NCBI RefSeq assembly: GCF_001194135.2
Contig: NC_068984.1
Location: forward strand, 49,933,016-49,992,746
DNA: 59,731 nucleotides
Origin: Octopus bimaculoides
Lineage: Eukaryota
Direction: 5' to 3'
The first letter of the stretch is position 1. Each line of letters begins with the position of its first letter. Made by a program: the position numbers and the translations under genes. The notes beneath the pieces are model-generated. The model ran no database searches, had not been told where the DNA came from, and worked only from the letters and a program-made list of their open reading frames with translations. Shown piece by piece: positions 24,941 to 37,559 of the stretch.

Positions 24941-26088
24941 GAAAACAAGCCTTGTTTGTTTATTTAAGGGGCCCGATCAGATTCCCTAATACAATTAGTG
25001 ATAAATAATGCTTGCATATTATTCGCCTCATATATGCATGGACTTGAAGGCACACACGTGTGCATATAACGCACATATATACACACATATACACACGTTC
25101 ACACGCACGTAATCATAAACACGATCATTATGTATATAGGAATTAAGATAAGATTTCGCAGTTCCATGTCTCTAATAGATACGAAGACAATGGCTATAAA
25201 ACATGGAAATATAGCATTAATGTATTCACAAGCATACATAAATAGATATACAAACATAGACGTATAACGTTATCCCACTAATATATTCACATGCATACAT
25301 ATGCAGAAATTGATGAATTACTCATATGCATACATACGTGAATGTTTGTATAAATATATTTGTAGACAGATGCAGAAATACATGGACGGGAAGTCATACT
25401 AATACACTTATAGATACATATACGGAGATTTAAGCATATGTATAACTGCAGACATATCGCATAGACACATGGATACATGCACATATATTAAATATAAAGT
25501 ATCACACAAACGTACAAGCAATCACATATGTAGAAATAGGTACAGATGTTTACTTTCATACACATCTAAATACATCCAGACTCATCCAGATATAGATAAA
25601 ATAATGCAAATATACAACCATTTATACGCATACTTATAGATGAACAAGTAATCACAAAAATTTACAGAGTCTGGTATTGAGATCACATATAATTATTATA
25701 TTGGGCAACACACCAATACAAAACCGTTTAGACAACGCTTAATGTAAAGGCAGAAATAGTCTGAACGTTAGTCTAAAGTGGGTACTATACAGTTTTTCAT
25801 TGCAGTACCTTCTGCATCAGAAACACTTCAAAATATATATACATGCATGCATACATACATACATACATACATACATACATACATACATACATAAGTTAAA
25901 ACACGTATAGTAAATGCACAACCGAATGGAAAACAAACACAGAATGGCATGTTGTAAGACATAGTAAATGCACAGACGAACGGAAAACTCACAGAAGGTC
26001 TCCAGCACCTCATCAGTTATCGGCCGGAGGGTCAAAAGCAATTTCACAACAGTTTCACGCCTATACATGATGTGTGTATGTATGTATG

Positions 26089-26195
<107 letters not shown>

Positions 26196-26705
26196 GTATG
26201 TATGTATATGTAGCTTTATATATATATACATACACATATACTAATGTTTGTTTTTATACTAAGTTATATCAAAATAGTTCACCATTAAACTGAAGGAATA
26301 CTCAGCAGGCTTTCGTACAGTATATCTTCTTTTATTAAACTTGAACGCACATGCATAAATACATATAAATATATATGCGTGTACGCGCGCATGTGTATTA
26401 AGGTATATATATTAGGGCTGAAACATATAAAAGAATGTGTGTGCGTGTGTGTGTAACAAAAGAGGGAGTGTATTTCCACGCAGGAAAAAGTATAGAAAAA
26501 ATTGTTGTTGAAAATGCACCTGAATTTGTAAAGCTTGTAATTGTTTTTCATTAAATTTATTTACATGCATACTAAACTCGTTTCGAACCTAGTCTTTCTC
26601 ATTCGCAAAATGAGCCCCTCCTCGCCCTTAATTTCTCCTCAGATTACTTTCAATTTTGGTGTATCTATGCAACACTGTATTTTGATTACGATCAACCAAT
26701 TACTT

Positions 26706-27078
26706 TGTTGTTGGCGCTCCGTCGCTTACGACGACGAGGGTTCCAGTTGATCCGATCAACGGAACAGCCTGCTCGTGAAATTAACGTGCAAGTGGCTGAG
26801 CGCTCCACAGACACATGTACCCTTAAAGTAGTTCTCAGGGATATTCAGCGTGACACAGAGTGTGACAAGGCTGGTCCTTTGAATTACAGGCACAACAGAA
26901 ACAGGAAGTAAGAGTGAGAGAAAGTTGCGGTGAAAGAGCACAGCAGGGTTCGCAACCATCCCCTGCCGGAACGTCGTGAAGCTTTAGGTGTTTTCGCTCA
27001 ATAAACACTCACAACGCCCGGTCTGGGAATCGAAATCGCGAGTCCGCTCCCCTAACCACTGGGCCATTGCGCCTCCAC
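26706..27078 (-). mobile_element. SINE family A, near full length, with 12-bp TSD
   Basis: TSD aaccaattactt 26694-26705 / aaccagttactt 27079-27090; short deletion in the tRNA head relative to the 45357 copy. Confidence 0.95.
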
Positions 27079-27153
27079 AACCAGTTACTTAATCTCGTAA
27101 ATAAAAGAATCTGATGTTATTTGGCATTAAAGTTGGGTAATTTGGGTAATTTT

Positions 27154-27201
27154 AGCCAATCAACAGACAGCGTGGCATTAGAAGCTTGTTACCATGACAA
27201 C
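27154..27201. promoter_or_regulatory. Candidate promoter module: CCAAT box (NF-Y) plus RFX X-box
   Basis: AGCCAATCA at 27154-27162 and GTTACCATGACAAC at 27188-27201, which fits the X-box consensus GTHNYYATRRNAAC; lies in non-repeat sequence. Confidence 0.55.
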
Positions 27202-28529
27202 CACACGCTGTGTTGTGGTTCACTGTTGTCTGTGCCGTCATTGTCTATGTTGATTTTTCATACTTGATTCTTCACATCACGAGATTCTTCTCACCTGCGT
27301 GTTTTGTTTTAATTTTTCTGTGTGTTAGTATATTACATATTTTTCTGTGCTTCTGTGTGTTAGTATTTTTCTGTGCTTTGTCTGTGAGTTAGTATTTTTA
27401 CATATTTTTCATTTCATATGTTTTTTGGACTCATTGACTCAGATAGCTGGATTTATGATTTCACTAGGTTAATTCTGTTCATAAACATTTGAATTAGGAG
27501 TATTTCTTAAACCGTTAGCTTTACATTTCAACAGCTTAACTGAAATTTAACCCAGGTAACAGGAACTGAGAGGGATATCGTGGAACAGAGAAATTGTGGG
27601 TGATACAGATAATTTGACATTACTTTTGAATTCTGCATGCAAAAAATTTGAGATACAGGTATTATTTTCCTTGGGACAGATTCTTTTTTGACCAGTGTTA
27701 TTATTATCGAAGTTTACAAATCCAAGTTTGAATATGTTACTCTCTTTCTCTCTCTCTTACACAACACTCGAATGCATAAATGTACATATAAACTTATATA
27801 TGAATACATACATCCACATGCACTTATATATTACTGATGTACACAAATACATGGCAGGTATACATAATGCTAAAATACGCATAAAGTAAACACATGCAAA
27901 CAAATATATTAATACAACAAATTAGAAATAACAATAAAACCATACAATCAATGAAGAGACAAAAGAAACAGTAAGATTATACATGCTGATTTTATTAGGT
28001 ATTCCTGTTTATTTAGAAACCTAAAATAAACAGGTCAGACGCTAAAGTCTAAATTTCACAGGGTACAACCTTAAAGTTGACACCGCTCTGCTAAACAGAG
28101 AAAATTTGTCTCGCTTATTGGCTAAAAATATACAGTTTTTTCAATTTTTAAATCTCTGTAACGTTTTTCTCCAATTTGTTTTTTTTTTTTCCAATTTGTT
28201 TTTTTGTTTTCTCCACAACAAAGCAATGAGACTGAAGGGCTACATTATTATAGCCTATTTTCAGATTTTTTACTGCCATTTAAAAAAATGCATATTTTGA
28301 GAATGAAAAAAACCCTAGATCCCTAGTTTTAACAATGTATTTTTTTTTATCAATGGTAAAAATTAAAAATTGCGAAGTAGACAAACATGTTTAAAAGATT
28401 CAAAGTTTACAAAATTCAATAATATCAAATATGATTTAAATGTTCACAACATTCAGTAATATAAAAAAATGTGGATCATCTTGCTTAAATGCACAAAATT
28501 CAATAGTGTTAGAAGTGATCGATAAAAAG

Positions 28530-29345
28530 TGTAGATCACCAAAGGTCCGGTCATACTGAGTTAAGAGGGAGAAAAACAAGGGAGAAATGAAGATAATAAA
28601 AAAAAAAGGGTTTTGTTACAGCTTCTGTGATCCTTTTTCCGTCGTATGCAGGGATTTTTCGCTAGTGACGGCGTGTTTTTTTGGAATCCAGTGTATTTAT
28701 ATTTTTTTTCTGTGAACGGATCTGATTTTTGATTCGTTAAAGTCTTACTTTTCTGGAGGTCAAGTTTGTCATTCTGCCTGGCTGACTTCCTTGTGGGGAA
28801 CGGTCATCAACCATTCCAGTTGGTTGATTCTTTTAAAAGGTCATTTTGTTATATTTACTGAAGTTCGGTTTTGATCGGAGGTAAAATTTCATTGGTCTTA
28901 AGTTAGTTGACGTCAGCAACTGGTGTTCGCATGGTGTTATTCTATGGTGATTTGGAGTTGCGGTTTCGAACCCGAGTGGGAGACTGTTACGAAAGTCTTT
29001 TGAATTATGTCTGTTGTATATGTTTTTTTTGTGTTGTGGAGAAATTGGGTCCTTTTCCTTTTTTCGTTTTAGTGATTTTTCTTCTTTCTAAAGGATATTC
29101 AGCCGTAGTTTATATATTTTTTAATGACCATACTTTCCTTATTCAAAGACAATTGGGTTGAAGTGTTTCCGGTGCAGTGATAGAGAGGGAAGATTTGGTA
29201 TTTCAGGTTTATGTTTGTGGTGCATTGGTCTAGGTGATTGCTTACGGGAATGTTCCTGGTCGTGGGGTCCTGGATTTCTTGCCTGTGTACCGTCAGTCTC
29301 AAGGTCAAACTAGTTTGACCTATGTAGTCTCCATCACACACTCCA
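28530..29345 (-). mobile_element. Penelope-like element 3' part: GIY-YIG endonuclease remnant and 3' region
   Basis: ORF 29099-29341: CDGDYIGQTSLTLRLTVHRQEIQDP...HLDQC...YQIFPLY...NKE..IKKY. The left boundary is approximate. Confidence 0.8.
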
Positions 29346-29616
29346 CATTGTATGCGTGTAAATATATCTTGGAACCAATGGTATCCTTAATACACAAATA
29401 AAAAAATTCTATCCACCAGTGCAGTGTTGAGCAATCATTTTCATCGTTCGACACTTACGTATGTACACACACGCACATGCATTTATGCATATATCTCTGT
29501 GTATATTTATACATATGTGTCTATATCATGTATCTAACTATTTCTGTGATTAGATATACATGCATATATGGATTTATATATAATTATCTATGTATATATG
29601 TGTGTGTGTTTGTGTG

Positions 29617-29666
<50 letters not shown>

Positions 29667-30620
29667 TGCATATATATTTATGTCTTATATACATATATAT
29701 ATATATACTTATGTATATGTATACACACACACATTAACACACACACAAACAGATACACGCTTATTTCAAACTGGATATAAAATTATGTACTTCCTGCATG
29801 CTTTGTTATACAGGCTCATGATCTTTGTGTGTGTGTCCCAGTATGGAAATACTCTTGCTTGTTTGATATCGGCGTAAAGAAGGATAAAATAAATAAATAA
29901 GTAAAATGTAGGAGGGGAGAGAAATAGAAAAAGGTTTTATGCAAAGCAACACTGATCAGAAGTTCTTTATAACCAATAGCGAAATTATGCATCAGGCTTC
30001 TGCTAATCATTCTTAGCAGCGCAGATAGGTATCAATCCGGCTGAAATAATTTATAGTTCATCTGAGTACTTGGGAAATGATACAACTCAAAAGTAAAAAC
30101 AAAAAAACAAAAAAAAAACAAAATTGTGAGACATGTCTGCACGTTTGGCGGAGAAGAATATTCGATTAAATCAGTAGCATTACTTGACTACTTATTTTTT
30201 CCATCGATCCCAAAGTTGTTGAAAGTCGAAGACACTCCCTCTTCATTGCGCCTTCCCTCTCCCCTCTCTCCCTCCCTGAAGGCTTCTTCAGAGCTAGAAC
30301 ATGCAATCATTACTTCAGTCTACATCTGTTGTCTACCCTCTACGGAGCTCAAAAGTGACTACTATTCTCATTTGAGAACTGGTGACATGCCTGGGAAATG
30401 CTTCCGTCGCACACCACTTGCATTCGTGCTTACACCCTTAACCCATACCCCACACTCTGTTCATTTCTACGATATAATGGCATCTGTTCCTTTGAAGAAA
30501 TGAGATGTGTATGGCTTTTGACTGAGCCTACAGAACACGTCCCAACTCCTATCTCATGACAGCTACTATGTCTCACCCGACAGTATCCTACACAGTGTAA
30601 CTCCCTCCTTTACTGCTCTG

Positions 30621-30735
30621 TGAAGATACGTGGTTAAGTGGTTAGGATATTTGGCTAACAATCGTAAGGTCGTGCGTTCAATTATTGGCGCTGTGTCCTT
30701 GAGCAAGGCCCTTTATTTCAAGTTGCTCCAGCCCG
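30621..30735 (+). mobile_element. SINE family D head and core fragment
   Basis: tggttaagtggttagg (A box), gcgttcaatt (B box-like), tgtgtccttgagcaaggccctttatttcaagttgctccag. Confidence 0.7.
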
Positions 30736-31237
30736 AATCTTCAAAATCGCTTTTAGAGGTAAGGTGCAACTTGCATGTATAAATTGTAGTAAATTATAGA
30801 TATGGTGTTTAAGTGATTTCCTCCTAATCAATACAAAATAATCACGGAAAATAATTAAAAAGAGAGCTAGATGAAAGAAGGGGATATGAGATTGTGCTAT
30901 TAAGTGCCTCATAAATTTTGTAGATCTAAAAGAAGTGAGTCAACACATTAATCTAATAAAAGAGTGAGAGAACTATAGAAAAGTATTTAATTGAGCGAAT
31001 AACTGAGTCGCTATAAATCTGAATGTATATGTAATGAACGTAAACTTTACTATGTGTACATATACGTTTGAATGTGTATGTATGTGTGTGTATGTGTGTG
31101 TAAGCGTGTGTATGTGTGTGTAAGCGTGTGAAGTAATATCTTTATTTTAGTAATCGGTATGTATTTATCTACTGCATAGTATTGATTTACCTTACAATGT
31201 ATGTAGAACTATGTTTTTATGTATGTAGGTATATATG

Positions 31238-31271
<34 letters not shown>

Positions 31272-31375
31272 TGCCCTTATTTTTATATGCAAGCATGTAT
31301 GTATGTTGTCCTGACGTTTTCTTTCGAAATTCTCACCAATGGACAAGCTGGTTTCTAGCCTAGAAGAAGTACTTA

Positions 31376-31411
<36 letters not shown>

Positions 31412-31517
31412 TGTATGTATGTTTGTATATATGTATGTATGTATGTATGTATTGATTGATTTAGCAGTTTGTATATGCAAGGTACAATACTGTTTTTCTT
31501 TTTTGTTCTTTGTACAG

Positions 31518-31588
31518 AAAACCTTCGAAACTGGTTGAAACGAAATCAATATAACGCTGCTATTTCGTTTGATCAACTAGCCCTGTAG
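31518..31588 (+). CDS. Candidate terminal coding exon of an unidentified host gene
   Basis: Strong acceptor tgtttttcttttttgttctttgtacag at 31491-31517; reads NLRNWLKRNQYNAAISFDQLAL*; followed by about 500 bp of unique UTR-like sequence. No homology recognised. Confidence 0.35.
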
Positions 31589-32198
31589 TGAACAATGGTG
31601 GCGGGTCAACATCCGATGAATTTGAACTTACAAAATCAAGTAACAAAGAATTAGTCTAAGGCGCCAAATACACATTGTTGTTAACATAGCCAGTTATACA
31701 ATATATACTGTCAGGTGGCGGATGGTAGAAGCTATAAACGACGAGTAAAATGTTGCCAGTGGCTGATAAGAGACCGCAAAGTGAAACCCTTCAATAGGGT
31801 CCTCGCAGCCCCACTTAGGTGAAGTGACAAAACGCTTGTGACCTTGAGATCCAGCCTGACGACACGGAAGGGTTTCCAGCATTGCAATGTACACGAAAGA
31901 GCTTCGAAAACCTATGAAAGACCTCCTGCTGTTTCTGCATGGGGCAAAGTATCTCTGGTGTTTATTTCACCTCTTTCTATGCTTCGCTACGTTAATAACT
32001 CTTTGCTTGCCATGTATCACATATGACACAGAGAACATATTTCTGCCGTCTATGCACCCTGTATGGTATACATTCGCAAATTTTTCCAGCTATCAATGTA
32101 GTAGGAATAATATTACTTAGAATAATATTACTTAGAATGTATGAAACACGGGTTAACTAAAATTCTTAAAACAAGCAGGACTTTTAGGACAAAATAAT

Positions 32199-32345
32199 CC
32201 TTTCTACTATAAGTAAAAGACCTATAATTCGATAGAAGGGGCTAGTCGAGAACATCGACCCCAGTGCTCAACTGGTGCTTATTTCATCGATCCCGAAAGG
32301 ATGAAAGGCAGGCAACCTCGGTGGAATTTGAACTCAGAACGTACC
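32199..32345 (-). mobile_element. 5'-truncated SINE family C with perfect 16-bp TSD
   Basis: tttaggacaaaataat at 32183-32198 and 32346-32361. Confidence 0.92.
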
Positions 32346-32457
32346 TTTAGGACAAAATAATGAAAACGCTTTATGCGCATAAAGGTTTAATGTCCTTCAG
32401 TTAAATCTTACCAAGGTCAATTTTACTTTTTATTTCTTAGTAGTTTAATTAATATAA

Positions 32458-32665
32458 TACTTTCTGCTATGGGCACAAGACCTGGATTTTGTGGGGTGGG
32501 GGATTGTCGATTATATCGACCCCAGTGTTTCACTGATACTTAATTTATTGACCCCGAAAAAATAAAAGGTGAAGCCAGCTTCAGCGGAATTTGAACTCAG
32601 AGCGTAGAGAAATACTGCTAAGCATTTCGTCCAGCGTGCTAACGATTCTACCAGCTCGCCGATTT
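32458..32665 (-). mobile_element. SINE family C with perfect 15-bp TSD
   Basis: gtttaattaatataa at 32443-32457 and 32666-32680. Confidence 0.92.
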
Positions 32666-32691
32666 GTTTAATTAATATAACTGACTTAAAT

Positions 32692-32857
32692 AAAGCGGTG
32701 AGCTGTCGAAGTCGTTAACACATTCCGCCGAGGCCGATTTCGTTTTTATCATTTTGGGGTCGGTAAATTAAATACAAATAGAGCACTGAGGTCAAGGTAC
32801 TCGGCTTTCTTTCTCCCCTAACACTGCTGGCTTTGTGTCAAGTTTTGAAATCAATAT
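32692..32857 (+). mobile_element. SINE family C, internally deleted
   Basis: aaagcggtgagctgtcgaagtcgttaac head joined directly to attccgccgaggccgatttc core. Confidence 0.75.
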
Positions 32858-33806
32858 AACTACATAAGAAATGAGGTTAACTGGTCTCATCCCGCCAAAA
32901 TATCTAAAACGTCTCACCTCGAACTNNNNNNNNNNNNNNNNNNNNNNNNNNNNNNNNNNNNNNNNNNNNNNNNNNNNNNNNNNNNNNNNNNNNNNNNNNN
33001 NNNNNNNNNNNNNNNNNNNNNNNNNNNNNNNNNNNNNNNNNNNNNNNNNNNNNNNNNNNNNNNNNNNNNNNNNNNNNNNNNNNNNNNNNNNNNNNNNNNN
33101 NNNNNNNNNNNNNNNNNNNNNNNNNNNNNNNNNNNNNNNNNNNNNNNNNNNNNNNNNNNNNNNNNNNNNNNNNNNNNNNNNNNNNNNNNNNNNNNNNNNN
33201 NNNNNNNNNNNNNNNNNNNNNNNNNNNNNNNNNNNNNNNNNNNNNNNNNNNNNNNNNNNNNNNNNNNNNNNNNNNNNNNNNNNNNNNNNNNNNNNNNNNN
33301 NNNNNNNNNNNNNNNNNNNNNNNNNNNNNNNNNNNNNNNNNNNNNNNNNNNNNNNNNNNNNNNNNNNNNNNNNNNNNNNNNNNNNNNNNNNNNNNNNNNN
33401 NNNNNNNNNNNNNNNNNNNNNNNNNNNNNNNNNNNNNNNNNNNNNNNNNNNNNNNNNNNNNNNNNNNNNNNNNNNNNNNNNNNNNNNNNNNNNNNNNNNN
33501 NNNNNNNNTATATATATATATATATATATGCACAGTACCTTGTACATGCACGCTAACCTGCGCACAAGGGAGTTTGAACGTGTCGCGGCCAAACACACGT
33601 GCGAATACACACACACACACACACACAGACACACACGCTTATGCACACGCACTCGTGCACACACATACACACACACAAGCACGAGTGAAACCAAACGGAA
33701 ACGATTTAAAAAAAAAATATGAAGGAAAGAAGTCGAAAGTGGAGTGTGAAAAAGTGAAGAGTACATCAGTCCAAGGCTTGTTCTGCTTTTTAATGAACAA
33801 CAATGG

Positions 33807-34071
33807 AAGCAGCAGCAGCAGCAGCAGCAACAACAACAACAACAACAACAGCAACACTAGTAGTAGTACATGCACTATTTAGAACACTAGTTACACAAGT
33901 TATTGTTGTTATTGTTGTTATTGTTCTCGTAGATATTATTCATGTATTCTGTCTTCTGTTTGCAGTCAACACTCATGCAAAAATTCCCACTCTCTTACAC
34001 TCTCGCTCTAAATCTCTCCCGCGCTCTCTCTCTCTCTCTCCCTCTCTGTCTCACTCTCACTCTCACTCTCG

Positions 34072-34114
<43 letters not shown>

Positions 34115-34416
34115 GCACTCATACACACAGACACACACACAACCACACACCCCCACACGCTCATTGTATTCACTTATACTTACCTCTTTTATTTGAACTT
34201 CATTTCTCTTACTCTCCTTTACGTCTCTCTCTTTCACGCACACTGACACATACACCAACATACACACACTCACACACCCAGAGGCACATAAACACATACA
34301 CTCACACACCCAGAGGCACATAAACACACACACACACACAGGACACTCCCAGCACGCTCATTGCATTCACTTATATTTGCTTTTTTTATTTGCGCTCCTA
34401 TTTTGCAATCAGCTCC

Positions 34417-34480
<64 letters not shown>
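33807..34480. repeat. (CAG)(CAA) tract and compound CT/CA minisatellite
   Basis: Seen directly; includes a roughly 34-bp unit (cactcacacacccagaggcacataaacacata) and a repeated cacgctcattg.attcacttat. Confidence 0.85.
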
Positions 34481-35187
34481 NNNNNNNNNNNNNNNNNNNN
34501 NNNNNNNNNNNNNNNNNNNNNNNNNNNNNNNNNNNNNNNNNNNNNNNNNNNNNNNNNNNNNNNNNNNNNNNNNNNNNNNNNNNNNNNNNNNNNNNNNNNN
34601 NNNNNNNNNNNNNNNNNNNNNNNNNNNNNNNNNNNNNNNNNNNNNNNNNNNNNNNNNNNNNNNNNNNNNNNNNNNNNNNNNNNNNNNNNNNNNNNNNNNN
34701 NNNNNNNNNNNNNNNNNNNNNNNNNNNNNNNNNNNNNNNNNNNNNNNNNNNNNNNNNNNNNNNNNNNNNNNNNNNNNNNNNNNNNNNNNNNNNNNNNNNN
34801 NNNNNNNNNNNNNNNNNNNNNNNNNNNNNNNNNNNNNNNNNNNNNNNNNNNNNNNNNNNNNNNNNNNNNNNNNNNNNNNNNNNNNNNNNNNNNNNNNNNN
34901 NNNNNNNNNNNNNNNNNNNNNNNNNNNNNNNNNNNNNNNNNNNNNNNNNNNNNNNNNNNNNNNNNNNNNNNNNNNNNNNNNNNNNNNNNNNNNNNNNNNN
35001 NNNNNNNNNNNNNNNNNNNNNNNNNNNNNNNNNNNNNNNNNNNNNNNNNNNNNNNNNNNNNNNNNNNNNNNNNNNNNNNNNNNNNNNNNNNNNNNNNNNN
35101 NNNNNNNNNNNNNNNNNNNNNNNNNNNNNNNNNNNNNNNNNNNNNNNNNNNNNNNNNNNNNNNNNNNNNNNNNNNNNNNNNNNNNNN

Positions 35188-35370
35188 GAACAGGCAACAA
35201 CGCGAGGATGTGGAATAAGTACAGTGTTATTGGACGTTCAGGGAAAGAAAGAAAAGAAAGACGATTTGACGTTTCGAGCGGAGCTCTTCATCAGAAATAT
35301 AGAAAAAGTCCAAAGAAGGGAAGACGGAGAAAGAAAATCGCCAACGATACACACGCGGTCACATATTGAA
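35188..35370 (-). mobile_element. Penelope-like terminal repeat (pLTR) fragment carrying a hammerhead
   Basis: Pyrimidine-rich 3' UTR-like sequence around a CTGATGA...GAAAC motif; the left end runs into an N gap. Confidence 0.65.
35264..35298 (-). ncRNA. Minimal type-I hammerhead ribozyme with intact core
   Basis: Minus strand: AUUU-CUGAUGA-A-GAGC-UCC-GCUC-GAAA-C-GUC-AAAU. Stem I is AUUU/AAAU, stem II is GAGC/GCUC, stem III is the palindrome ACGU, and the cleavage triplet is GUC. Confidence 0.75.
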
Positions 35371-35376
35371 TAAAAA

Positions 35377-35422
<46 letters not shown>

Positions 35423-35815
35423 ATAGATATAATCGTTTATGTAGCATACAAGTCTATAGATATACAGGTCTGTTTATCTGATACATAGTTATACACACAT
35501 CTACTTCTCATTTTTTCCATCTCAATTACGGTAGTGCTCCAGCGTAGCTGTAAGCATGATGTCTATAAGAGGATAAAGAACTACATCTGTAGATGTTCCC
35601 TCACCACCACAATCACTACCAGGACAATTTCGTTAACACTTTTCCACTGTACACGTTTCTGTCAGCATAGGTCAGAGGTTTTCGGTCTTTTGCAGCACAG
35701 CATCCAATTTCAATGAATGCCGTTTTGCAAACGCCCTCTTCAAATCACTTGTGAGAGGGAGGGAGAAAGAGAAAAAGAGAGAGGAGGAAAGAATGAGATG
35801 GAAAGAAAGAGAGAA

Positions 35816-35864
<49 letters not shown>

Positions 35865-36234
35865 CAGACAGACAGAAGGAGAGAGGGAGAGCAAGCTTGT
35901 TTTAGTCAAGCAGAAGCTAATTTTGTACAGTAATTATTATTCAAATTTCCTCACGCTATCTGTATTATCGTATCGCGCATGTGTCCCCTCCTCCTCTTAT
36001 ATATGTGCATGGACTAATTTTCTCTCTCGGTTAAAATTTTATGGCAATTTACACAAATAAATTATACTGGACCTTGCTACAATACCCGAATTCATATTCT
36101 GATATTGTCCTATTTATATTCTTATCACGACAAAGGCTTTTATTTTTATTGTTTTTTTTTCTATTTCTTTTTAGTGGAGGTATGTGCTTAAAATATAATA
36201 TTGTGCTAAGTTTCAGTATCATTTCTTAGAAACA

Positions 36235-36458
36235 GGGCAGCCAAATGGCAGAATCGTTTGTATGCCGGCAAAAATGCTTAGCGGCATTTCGTCAGTCTTT
36301 ACGTTCTGAGTTCAAACCCGCTGCGGTCAGCTTTGTCGTTTATCCTTTCAGGGTCGATAAATTAAGTACCAGTTGAACACTGGGTCGATGTAATCGCCTT
36401 ATCTCCACTCCCCCAAAAGAATTGTTAATCTTCTGCCAAACTTTGAAATCAATATTAT
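36235..36458 (+). mobile_element. SINE family C
   Basis: ggcagaatcgtt...atgcttagcggcatttcgtc...acgttctgagttcaaacccg...gggtcgataaattaagtaccag. Confidence 0.88.
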
Positions 36459-36514
36459 TCCTTAGAAATAAGGCTGCGAACTGGGAGAATTGTTTGCAGG
36501 TTGGGTAAAATATA

Positions 36515-36677
36515 GCTAGCGGCATTTCGTTTGTCTTTACGTTCTGATTTCGTATTCCTCCGAGGCCAACTTTGCCTTTCATCCTTCTGGGGTCGATAAA
36601 ATAAGTACCAGTTGATGTAATCGACTAACCCTCTCCCCGAACTTGTTGGCCATGTGACAAAATTTGAAACCAATATT
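36515..36677 (+). mobile_element. SINE family C, 5'-truncated
   Basis: tttgcctttcatccttctggggtcgataaaataagtaccag core. Confidence 0.85.
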
Positions 36678-37559
36678 TTGTGAGTGTATGAGTATGTGTT
36701 TGTAGGTCTTTATTTCCTATGTTCTTTTTAGTTAACCACGTAAATTAATGCCTGCGTAAACTTGTAAGTTTTTTTTCCTTTAATTAGTTTAATCTGGAGG
36801 AAAGAGCTGTGAGATCGGCGAAATTGAACTCATTAACCTTTCGCTTAAACTGTTAAAATTTCACTGTAGTTATGAATGAGAATCCATAATGAAATCACTT
36901 TATGTTCTGTATTAATTTATGTTTGGTTTCTGTAACTTAGGACGAAATGTGTATGTCTTCTGAGTAACGACATTCCCTTAACGTTACATGATCACTGACT
37001 ATTTATTGTCCTATTAAATATCGTTATCCTGTCTGAAGTGTTTATACCGCGTAGGTACATAATAGTTTAATATGACAGGTACTTTTAGTCTCTGCTTTGC
37101 AGATGAAATTCCACAGCAATGCATGCTCTATTGATCCATGCTCTATAAAACCTTCTGCTTGGTTTATGACGTGGATTTTTATAAGGTTTCACAGGTACTT
37201 TAAAGGATGCTTTCATCCTTTTTTTTTCTTGTTACAGTAGAAATCTCTTCAATTAGCATTCTGCATTGTTTTCACCAAGATATTCCTCCTCCAAGTCGAA
37301 AATGCTACAGACGTCTGCATGAATTCGTATATAAGTATTTATTAAGAAAGAAAAATATGAATGAATACATGAGCTGCATTAAAAAAATATAAAATAAACA
37401 TGTTATCGTATGTAGAGACATATGATGCAGAATGTTGTACTTTGCCATTCTATATTTTTACGTAACGTGTACCAATTCAAGAAATAATCAATTTCCTGTA
37501 AGCAGAAGAAAAGACAGCTCAAGATTCTGATAAGATACAAATAATATCGTCTGGGTTGG

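Noticed and set aside
24843-24948. CRISPR-like array
   Set aside because: Head-to-tail duplication with no spacers in eukaryotic DNA; no cas genes.
25995-26060. CTGATGAG and GAAAC motifs on the minus strand as a hammerhead
   Set aside because: The order and pairing do not fit type I, II or III topology; no GAAA follows stem II.
30126-30503. 125-aa ORF in a more GC-rich patch
   Set aside because: No motif or splice support; possibly a TE remnant but not assignable.
37103-37398. Two plus-strand exon candidates ending near AATAAA
   Set aside because: The 43-nt intron is too short, the phases are incompatible, and the region may be decayed LINE sequence on the other strand.
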